A DNA stretch of 32,231 nt from a virus (taxonomy: Duplodnaviria; Caudoviricetes). The stretch lies in IMG/VR virus record IMGVR_UViG_3300006879_000013, positions 1-32,231 of that record; one strand, given 5' to 3'. Below are positions 1-6,209 of this stretch, piece after piece (within the stretch, counting starts at the first letter, position 1; the number at the start of each line of letters is the position of its first letter). The position numbers and the translations under genes were made by a program. The notes under the pieces were generated by a model. It saw only the letters and a program-made list of their open reading frames with translations. It was not told where the DNA came from and did not search any database.

Positions 1-134
1 ACAAGCGCATCCGCGCCAAGCAGTTCCCGGAGCCGGTCAAGGACGGCGGTATGTCGTTCTGGCCGGAGCGCGAGGTCGACGCCTGGATCGAGCAGCGCGA
101 GCGCGCGCGTGGCGGGGAGGGAGAAGAGCAATGA
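1..134 (+). CDS. AlpA-family excisionase / transcriptional regulator, 5'-truncated by the window edge
   Basis: Not in the ORF track. The frame starting at base 3 reads KRIRAKQFPEPVKDGGMSFWPEREVDAWIEQRERARGGEGEEQ*, matching the FPxPVK...W...EVxxWI pattern of AlpA/Xis proteins. Its TGA (132-134) overlaps the next ATG (131). Confidence 0.8.
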   Translation, partial: KRIRAKQFPEPVKDGGMSFWPEREVDAWIEQRERARGGEGEEQ

Positions 135-478
135 ACGAGCACGACGCCGACTACGTGGACGCACTGGACCACATCATGCGCGTCGCCAGGGCCAGCCGGA
201 CGAAGACGCGCCGGCTGCGCTGGATCGAAGGCCGCGCCCGCTGCGCCCTGGGAGGCGGCGACTGGCGGGATCTTGACATGCCGAAGGATGTGGACCGCGA
301 GAACTTCCGGCTGAAAGGGACCGTCGCGCGGCTGCAGTTTGAGCGGCGGGAGCTGCGGGAAGCGCTGGAGCAAATTGCTGCCATACGCCTGGATCACTGC
401 ATAGGGCCGCACGGCATGGCGCTCCGCATGCAGGAGATCGCCAGCGCTGCCATCGCCCGCGCTAAGGAGGCCAACTAA
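131..478 (+). CDS. Hypothetical phage protein (115 aa) with a C-terminal coiled coil
   Basis: ATGA overlap with the upstream gene and a purine-rich RBS. The ELREALEQIA...IARA ending is typical of small phage early genes. Confidence 0.7.
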   Translation: MNEHDADYVDALDHIMRVARASRTKTRRLRWIEGRARCALGGGDWRDLDMPKDVDRENFRLKGTVARLQFERRELREALEQIAAIRLDHCIGPHGMALRMQEIASAAIARAKEAN

Positions 479-480
479 CC

Positions 481-747
481 ATGTCCTCCCAGCGCGTCAC
501 CCTGCCCCAGCACAAAGTCACCCGTCTGCGCGCGCTCGCCGGCCGGATGCGGGACACCGACATCGCCGCCGAGCTCGGCACTTCTCTCGCCGTCGTCAAG
601 AACAACGCCCGCGCGCTGCGCTTGAGTCTGCGCGTCACCGACCCGCAGCCGCGGCTGCGCCGGGTGCCGGCCATTGATCGGTTTTTGCAGCGGATGCTGG
701 TCGCGGCCAACTTCACCCATGAGAAGAAACGCGAGGAAGCAGCATGA
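481..747 (+). CDS. Small putative HTH DNA-binding protein (88 aa)
   Basis: AAGGAGG RBS upstream; the DTDIAAELGTSLAVVKNNA segment looks like an HTH; tightly packed with neighbours. Confidence 0.6.
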   Translation: MSSQRVTLPQHKVTRLRALAGRMRDTDIAAELGTSLAVVKNNARALRLSLRVTDPQPRLRRVPAIDRFLQRMLVAANFTHEKKREEAA

Positions 748-1118
748 CCACTGCCCTCCAATTCGATCTGTTCGAGCCCGCAGAACCTGAGCTGCCGATC
801 GCGCGCCTCAGCAAGCACAACCACCGCTGCCTGCACCACGAGGACTGCCATTGGGAGCGGCACCGCGTGGACCACCAAATGACCTGGCAAATCGGCATTG
901 GCCGGACAGAAGCCGGCTATTTCTCGACCTTCGGTTTTCAGCACGCAACGGGCGGGGCCATCGGCCCGGTGTTCATTCTGGACGCCCCGGCGCCCGATTT
1001 TTCCAGCGCCCGCCGGGCGGCGCTGGACCGCCTGCTGCAGGCCCTTGGCACGCACTCCGGCGCTGAAATGACGGCAAGCAAGCGGCGACTCGCGGCACAT
1101 GTAAGGAGGCACGCATGA
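744..1118 (+). CDS. Hypothetical phage protein (124 aa)
   Basis: ATGA overlaps at both ends and a GAGGA RBS. An N-terminal QFDLF resembles a beta-clamp-binding QLxLF motif. Confidence 0.65.
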   Translation: MTTALQFDLFEPAEPELPIARLSKHNHRCLHHEDCHWERHRVDHQMTWQIGIGRTEAGYFSTFGFQHATGGAIGPVFILDAPAPDFSSARRAALDRLLQALGTHSGAEMTASKRRLAAHVRRHA

Positions 1119-1792
1119 GCACTAAAGCAAGACCAATCCTCTTCAGCAGCCCGATGATCAACGCCCTGCTGGACGGCCGGAAAACGCAGACGCGGCGGAT
1201 CGTGAAGCCGCCGAGGCAATGGCCTGAGAATTCGCACCCCGATCCGTTCGCCATGCCTCCAGCGGTGTGGTGGTGGAATGGAAAACATCATCGTGTAGGC
1301 GTTAGGCAGGAGTGCCCCTACGGCTCAGTTGGCGACTTGATCTGGGTGCGGGAGGCGTTCGCTCCACTCATCGTGAACGACTGGCCCAATCCGGTTGGTC
1401 CTGTCATCTACCGCGCCGAAGGGACTCATGAGGAGTATCCAGGGCGCTGGATCCCCTCGATCCATATGGCCCGCCGCTTTTCTCGCCTGACCCTGCGCAT
1501 CACCGACGTGCGCGTGCAGCGGCTGCAGGAGATCAGCGAGGCGGATGCACAGGCGGAGGGCCTCGAGGCAATCGACTTTCCTTATGGCCGCTTTTGGCGG
1601 AACTACCTGCTTTCGGATTCGGAGGCACAGTGCTCCCCCATGCTGGAAACCCCGCGCGAGTCGTTCCTTTCGCTGTGGGACTCCATCAACGCCAGGCGCG
1701 GTTACGGCTGGGACGTAAACCCCTGGATCTGGGCGCTCAGCTTCGACGTGATCCACGCCAACGTGGACCAGGTGCCCCGGGAGCCAGCATGA
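1115..1792 (+). CDS. ASCH/PUA-like phage protein (225 aa)
   Basis: AAGGAGG RBS. Motifs RPILFSxPM..ALLDGRKTQTRR, CPYG..GD.IWVRE, W.PSIHM.R..SRLTL.ITDVRVQRLQEISE.DA.AEG and W..NPWIW define this common phage family. Confidence 0.85.
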   Translation: MSTKARPILFSSPMINALLDGRKTQTRRIVKPPRQWPENSHPDPFAMPPAVWWWNGKHHRVGVRQECPYGSVGDLIWVREAFAPLIVNDWPNPVGPVIYRAEGTHEEYPGRWIPSIHMARRFSRLTLRITDVRVQRLQEISEADAQAEGLEAIDFPYGRFWRNYLLSDSEAQCSPMLETPRESFLSLWDSINARRGYGWDVNPWIWALSFDVIHANVDQVPREPA

Positions 1793-1966
1793 TCACCCAC
1801 GATCACTGCGACCACTGCGGCTGGCCCGACCCAGAGTGCATATGCGCCCAGGAGGCGGTCCGCTCCCCCACCGCCCGCCTGCAGGCCCGTCTGTGGAACC
1901 TGGTCCCCGACCTGCCGATACCGGAGCGCGCCCGCGCCGAGAGCATCGCCAGCGCCCACGTGCTGA
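1789..1966 (+). pseudogene. N-terminal fragment of a small Cys/His-rich protein (MITHDHCDHCGWPDPECIC...), apparently truncated at a junction near 1965
   Basis: ATG at 1789 overlaps the upstream stop and has a GGAG RBS. The protein-like sequence degrades after ~1965 and the frame runs without a stop into the gene starting at 2209. Confidence 0.4.
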
Positions 1967-2209
1967 GGGGATCTTGGGCAGCACTGCCTGGCGGAGCGTT
2001 GCGCCGCAGTGAGCGGCTACCTGTGCGACTTCCCCGTCGCCGATGGGCGCACCTGCGACCTTCCGCTGTGCGCGAGCCACGCCTACGAAGTGGCGCCGGA
2101 CACTCACTACTGCCCGGGCCACCTGCTGCTGTGGAAGGAGTTTCGGGACAGCGGCGGCGTTCAACGGGAACTGGCGAATGTCGTTCCGTACAAGAAGGAG
2201 GACACCTGA
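1967..2209 (+). pseudogene. Cys-rich (zinc-finger-like) phage protein lacking its natural 5' end
   Basis: The frame reads *GDLGQHCLAERCAAVSGYLCDFPVADGRTCDLPLCASHAYEVAPDTHYCPGH... The Cys pattern extends upstream of the GTG at 2009 to an in-frame TGA at 1964-1966. The stop overlaps the next ATG (TGATG). Confidence 0.5.
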
Positions 2210-2679
2210 TGGCAAGGTACGCCGAGAACACAAGCGTCAGCTCAGAGCGATCGCGCGCTGAGATCGAGACGATCCTGCGCCGTTACGGTGCCACTGGATT
2301 TATGTACGGCTGGCAGCAGGACGCGGCTGTCGTCGCTTTCGAGATGGCGGGCCGGCGGGTCCGTTTCGACCTGCCCATGCCGGACCGCCACAGCCGGGAG
2401 TTTACGCAGACGCCCACCGGCAAGGAGCGCAGCGAACTGGCTGCCGAAAAGGCATGGGAGCAAGCCTGCCGGCAGCGCTGGCGCGCGCTCGCCCTTGTGA
2501 TCAAGGCCAAGCTCGAGGCGGTCGAGAGCGGGATCACCGAATTCGAATCCGAGTTTTTGGCGCATATCTGCCTGCCGGACGGCGGAACTGTCGGCCGCTG
2601 GATGCGGCCGCAGATCGCGCGCGCCTACGAAACCGGCCAAATGCCGCCGCTGATGCCGGCGCCGGGAGGTGATGCATGA
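2209..2679 (+). CDS. Conserved phage hypothetical protein (156 aa, MARYAENTSVSSERSRAEIE...)
   Basis: AGGAGG RBS at 2196-2201 and TGATG coupling fix the start at 2209 rather than 1594. The RQRWRAL.LVIKAKLEAVESGI..FE.EFLAHI motif is recognisable from phage early regions. Confidence 0.8.
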   Translation: MARYAENTSVSSERSRAEIETILRRYGATGFMYGWQQDAAVVAFEMAGRRVRFDLPMPDRHSREFTQTPTGKERSELAAEKAWEQACRQRWRALALVIKAKLEAVESGITEFESEFLAHICLPDGGTVGRWMRPQIARAYETGQMPPLMPAPGGDA

Positions 2680-3080
2680 GCATGAGTGATAGCGACTGGC
2701 GCGACATGGTCGTCAGGATGGAGCGCGATATCGAGACACTGCAGTGGCAGCTCGCCGCCGAAGAAGCCCACTCGCGCCGGATGTATGAGATCGCCCGTCG
2801 GCATCAAGGCGCGGCACGGGAGCTGCGGGCAGAGCTGGCGCGGGTGCGGAGGGCTGCCGAGCGCGTCAACGATGCGACGTTCTCCCATGTGGATGGGCGC
2901 GACCTGCTGGCTGAATTGCACCCCCGCAAGACGCTGGATATCAAGCGCCGCGTGGACGGTAAGGAGACGTGGTACGAAGGCGATTGGCTCTCCAGCCTCT
3001 ACGACGCGGTGAAGAAGCTCCGGGCCACCCTCTCCCAGCCCGCTGAGCAGTCCACAGCACAGGAGAGCGGCGATGCGTGA
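2676..3080 (+). CDS. Hypothetical phage protein (134 aa) with an N-terminal coiled coil
   Basis: GGAGGT RBS, ATGA overlap, helical heptad pattern. Confidence 0.7.
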   Translation: MSMSDSDWRDMVVRMERDIETLQWQLAAEEAHSRRMYEIARRHQGAARELRAELARVRRAAERVNDATFSHVDGRDLLAELHPRKTLDIKRRVDGKETWYEGDWLSSLYDAVKKLRATLSQPAEQSTAQESGDA

Positions 3081-3448
3081 CGACGAACCAATCGAGGCGA
3101 TGGGCGATGCAATCGAAATCGCCGCCGGCATCGACTGGAAAACGGCAGAGAACGCGGCCCACGCGGCCCTCGCCGCTGCCGAGGCGGCGGGATACCGGCT
3201 GGTGCCGGTGGAGCCGACAGCCGCGATGGTCACTGCCGGGGTCAGGCACGATGTGGTGCGCTGCGCTGACAGCAGCAGAGCCCGGCGACACGTACATCGA
3301 CGATGGGCTGCACTACCAAATGAGCGTGGTGCACGGCGTCATCGTTGCGCTACCGATGCCGGAGCATGTGGACCACCCGCAATGGTGGTGGACGGAGACT
3401 GCGCCGCCGGAGGCGGATAGGTGGGCGGTCAAGCCGAGGACCGCTTAA
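3073..3448 (+). pseudogene. Two-frame locus: N-terminal part in the 3073 frame, C-terminal part in the 3077 frame, switching near 3240
   Basis: The 3073 frame is protein-like up to GYRLVPVEPTAAMVTAG. The 3077 frame is protein-like only from SGTMWCAALTAAEPGDTYIDDGLHY onward. The switch falls at a GGGG run (3238-3241). Confidence 0.45.
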
Positions 3449-4649
3449 TCGGCACCACCTGGCCCGGCTCGCGCAGCCCATCAACAAAGTCTGCCCAGGC
3501 TTGCAGCATCGCCCGCCGCTCCGGCAGAAACTCGGCATGGTTGTAGGCCGCCGCCACTTTGTCGCGCGGCGCGTGGGCGAGCTGGCGCTCGATCACCAGC
3601 GGCGGGTAGCCGAGTTCGTGCAGGATGGTCGAGGCGGTGCCGCGGAAGCCGTGGCCGGATAGCCGCCCCGCATAGCCCATCCGCTCCAGCGCCCGGTTTA
3701 GCGTGGTGATGGTCATGCAGCGGGCCGGGTCGCGCAGGTTCGGGAACAGCAGCGGCCGGCCGCCGGTGAGGCTGTGCAGTTCGCGCAGCAGCGCCACTGC
3801 CTGGCGCGGCAGCGGCACCACGTGCAGCCGTCGCATCTTCATCCGTCCCGCCGGTATCCGCCACTCCGCACCGTCCAGGTCGAACTCTGCCCACTCGGCC
3901 TGGCGCAGCTCGCCCGGCCGCACGAACAGATATAGCAGCAGCCGCAGCGCGATCCGCGTGGTCGCATAGCCGCTGCTGTAGCCGTCCACCGCCGCAAGGA
4001 ACGCCGGGATCTCAGCACGGCTCAGCGTGCCATGGTGCACCACGGCCGGCCGCTCCAGTGCGCCCTTGAGCGCTGCCGCCGGGTCCGAGTCGGCGCGCAT
4101 GGTCGCCACCGCATAGCGGAAGATCGCCGAGCACCACTGGCGCAGGTTGAGCGCCACCACCTCGGCGCCCCGCTTGTGCACCTTCCTCAGCGCCTCCAGG
4201 AGCAGCCCGGCATTGCGCTCCACCTGCCGGATCGGCAGCGATCCGAGCTCCGGGAAGATGTCGGCCTCAAGCCCCCGCTCTACCTGTCGCTTGTAGTACG
4301 GCGTCCAGTTCTTTTCCTTCTCCGCGATCCACTCCCGCGCCACCGCTTCGAAGGTGGTGGCGTTGGCGTGCTGCTGCGCCAGCCGCTCAATCTTGCGCAC
4401 ATGAGCTGGATGCAACCCCTGCACCACCTGCGTGCGCGCCCACTCCCGCGCCTGGCGGGCATCGGCCAGCGACACCCGCGGGTACTCGCCCACCGCATAG
4501 ACGTTTTCCTTGCCGGCGATTCGATAGCGGTAGCGCCAGAGCCTAGCGCCGGAGGGCTGCACCTGCAGGTACAGGCCGCGGCCGTCGGTGAGCTTGACGG
4601 GCTTCGGGCCGGGCCTGGCTTGGCGGATCTTGGTATCGGTCAGGGCCAT
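3429..4649 (-). CDS. int: P4-family tyrosine integrase (406 aa)
   Basis: N-terminal arm-binding domain (MALTDTKIRQARPG..KLTDGRGLYLQV). Catalytic residues R (VRPGELR), K (RMKM), HxxR (HGFR), H (QLAH) and Y (AAYNHA). Start placed at ATG 4649 by family N-terminus. Confidence 0.95.
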   Translation of the reverse strand: MALTDTKIRQARPGPKPVKLTDGRGLYLQVQPSGARLWRYRYRIAGKENVYAVGEYPRVSLADARQAREWARTQVVQGLHPAHVRKIERLAQQHANATTFEAVAREWIAEKEKNWTPYYKRQVERGLEADIFPELGSLPIRQVERNAGLLLEALRKVHKRGAEVVALNLRQWCSAIFRYAVATMRADSDPAAALKGALERPAVVHHGTLSRAEIPAFLAAVDGYSSGYATTRIALRLLLYLFVRPGELRQAEWAEFDLDGAEWRIPAGRMKMRRLHVVPLPRQAVALLRELHSLTGGRPLLFPNLRDPARCMTITTLNRALERMGYAGRLSGHGFRGTASTILHELGYPPLVIERQLAHAPRDKVAAAYNHAEFLPERRAMLQAWADFVDGLREPGQVVPIKRSSA

Positions 4650-4840
4650 CAAAGCGGGTATCGGCCAGGGGAACCCCGCCAGGATGCCCGCTTTTTGCGG
4701 GGATGGCAACGCACGCCGATGGACGTAGGTGGATGCCTCGTGCTGCGTCGGGCCGCACCGGATAATACGGCGCGCTGTCCACTGCCGTGCGCGCCGATCC
4801 GCCGCGGTCCCCCATGCCGCTGATCGATCATCAGCAGCAT
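4649..4840 (-). CDS. Putative 63-aa leader ORF beginning with TrpG-like MLLMID, with its stop overlapping the integrase start
   Basis: GGAG RBS 6 nt before ATG 4840. TGA at 4651-4649 overlaps the int ATG at 4649-4647 (TGATG). Confidence 0.45.
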   Translation of the reverse strand: MLLMIDQRHGGPRRIGAHGSGQRAVLSGAARRSTRHPPTSIGVRCHPRKKRASWRGSPGRYPL

Positions 4841-4957
4841 ATAGCGCTCCAAAGCCGCGCCCTGCCTCGATTGGATACCTGGGTGCGCGGCGTGATGCCC
4901 GCTCTGATACCCGCTTTCGTTCAGACTGGAGGCGGACGCGGGCGCACAGCGGTGGAC
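4651..4957. other. attP site: core inverted repeat flanked by integrase arm-type sites
   Basis: Core ATGCCGCTGA (4814-4823) / 7-bp TCGATCA / TCAGCAGCAT (4831-4840) is a 9/10 inverted repeat. Arm-type repeats GATRCCCGCT occur at 4653-4662 (inverted), 4683-4692, 4894-4903 and 4906-4915. The region lies immediately 5' of int. Confidence 0.8.
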
Positions 4958-4966
4958 AGGCCGGAG

Positions 4967-4995
4967 ATTATCGAACGCCGTCGCCGTGGCGGCAA
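4967..4995 (-). promoter_or_regulatory. sigma70-like promoter pointing toward the att core and int
   Basis: Minus strand TTGCCG (4995-4990), 17-nt spacer, GATAAT (4972-4967). Confidence 0.6.
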
Positions 4996-5022
4996 TGGCG
5001 ACCTAGCGGCCCCCTGCGCGAG

Positions 5023-5445
5023 CTACTTGGCGACACCCCTGTTCTTCTCGTAGGTGCGCACGCCGGCATAGCCGAGATAGCCAGCAGTAAAGGTCCACCA
5101 CATTTCTTCCGGAATCGCCGCAAATCCCCGGCCGACATTGCCGAAAAACAGCTCCATCTGCGCCGGAAAGAACACGCCGATCAGTGGCGCGACGATCACC
5201 AGCGACAAGATCACGCCGTAGAAGACATACATGAACGACGGCCGGGCGCGGCTCGTCCAGGGGTCTGCGCTGCTGGCTTCGGCGAGTATCGCCGACATGC
5301 GCGTCTCCAGCTCCTTGAGCTCTCCCGTTTGCTGCATTGCCAGTAGCTCAAGCTCCGCCTTCGCCTGCTGCTCCGGATCTGGAAACAACCGACCGATAAG
5401 ACTCTTGCCGATCTCGAAGATACCGCCGATAAGTGCCGGATTCAT
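5023..5445 (-). CDS. Holin (3TM holin of the gene-transfer-agent-release type), 140 aa
   Basis: Start MNPALIGG at 5445 overlaps the endolysin stop. Motifs PDP..QAKA.LEL, AEA.S.D.WTSRARPSF.YV, hydrophobic segments and GYLGY.G.RT.EK. Confidence 0.85.
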   Translation of the reverse strand: MNPALIGGIFEIGKSLIGRLFPDPEQQAKAELELLAMQQTGELKELETRMSAILAEASSADPWTSRARPSFMYVFYGVILSLVIVAPLIGVFFPAQMELFFGNVGRGFAAIPEEMWWTFTAGYLGYAGVRTYEKNRGVAK

Positions 5446-5879
5446 GCTGCCTTCCCCCCTTGTTGAGACCACCAAGCCGCCACGTCGAAGCACGGGCAGG
5501 CCTTTTTCGGGTCGTAGTCGCGGTGGCCGCGGATCGCCGCACCCGGAAAGCGCCGGCTGTAGTAGCCGACCAGCGCCTCCAGTGCGGCCCACTGCGCGGC
5601 TGTGTAATTGCAGTCCGGTGTCTGCGCGCCGGCCCCGGCCAGCTCACCGCCCACCAGGCAGATACCGATGGAATCGTGGTTATGGCCGGCGACGTGGGCG
5701 CCTTGCTGCTCTATTGGCCGCCCCTCCTCGACCACGCCGTTGCGGCGAATGACGTGGTTGTAGCCGATGTCGGCCCAGCCGTTGCCGTCGACGTGCCAGC
5801 TGCGGATCTCGGCGGCGCCGATGTCCATGCCGGGCGGGGTGTAGGCCGCGTGGATGATGATTTTGTTGATGGTGCGCAT
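5442..5879 (-). CDS. Endolysin, T7-lysozyme-like N-acetylmuramoyl-L-alanine amidase (145 aa)
   Basis: IIIH, GW.DIGY..VIRR.G.VE.GR, GAHV.GHN..SIGICLVGG, GHRD and KACP.F carry the Zn ligands His/His/Cys and the catalytic Tyr. Confidence 0.93.
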   Translation of the reverse strand: MRTINKIIIHAAYTPPGMDIGAAEIRSWHVDGNGWADIGYNHVIRRNGVVEEGRPIEQQGAHVAGHNHDSIGICLVGGELAGAGAQTPDCNYTAAQWAALEALVGYYSRRFPGAAIRGHRDYDPKKACPCFDVAAWWSQQGGKAA

Positions 5880-5936
5880 TATCGCTCTCCAGGCACAAAG
5901 AAACCGGTGCGGGTCGGTGGTGGTTTCGTCCTGCCG

Positions 5937-6209
5937 CTACAGCTGCCAGCGCTTACGCAGGCCAAGCCAGAGCACGTTGTAGCCGCCGTGCTCGTCTTCG
6001 ACCTGCACATCGCTGAGGTGCTGGAGCTCGAGAAAGATACCGTCGTACTCGGCACCGAGCGTGAGCTGGCCCAGGGTGCGCTGGCCGCCGATGCCGGAAT
6101 CATCTCTGTGCTGGTCGATGCCGACCGCGCCCTCGATGTAGAGCGCCGGCCGCTCGGCCTGGGCCGGCAGGGCGAGCAGCAGCAGGGCAAAAAGCAGTAC
6201 GGGCTTCAT
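5937..6209 (-). CDS. Small secreted protein (90 aa) with amphipathic beta-strands; putative outer-membrane half-barrel
   Basis: ATGA overlap with the tail-fibre stop. Sec signal peptide MKPVLLFALLLLALPAQA. Alternating strands LYIEGAVGI, GQLTLGAEY, IFLELQHLS and YNVLWLGLRKRW. Confidence 0.7.
   Translation of the reverse strand: MKPVLLFALLLLALPAQAERPALYIEGAVGIDQHRDDSGIGGQRTLGQLTLGAEYDGIFLELQHLSDVQVEDEHGGYNVLWLGLRKRWQL

Noticed and set aside
1961-1969. In-frame TGA next to Cys codons as selenocysteine or stop-codon reassignment
   Set aside because: The frame upstream of the TGA is not protein-like and has no start, and TGA is used as a normal stop throughout the genome.
4650-4709. Longer integrase start at 4709 given by the ORF track
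   Set aside because: The extension runs through arm-type sites; the family N-terminus begins at MALTD (4649).
4738-4766. + strand GATAAT at 4761-4766 as a promoter
   Set aside because: No acceptable -35 or extended -10, and no credible downstream + strand gene.
4650-5022. tRNA or tmRNA fragment as the att core
   Set aside because: No T-arm GTTCGAATC/CCA-type 3' end was found; the symmetric core instead matches a protein-coding start.
5894-5930. Possible terminator between the secreted-protein gene and the endolysin (GAAACC...GGTTTC-TTTG on the minus strand)
   Set aside because: Only a 6-bp stem with a long, poorly paired interior; too weak to call.
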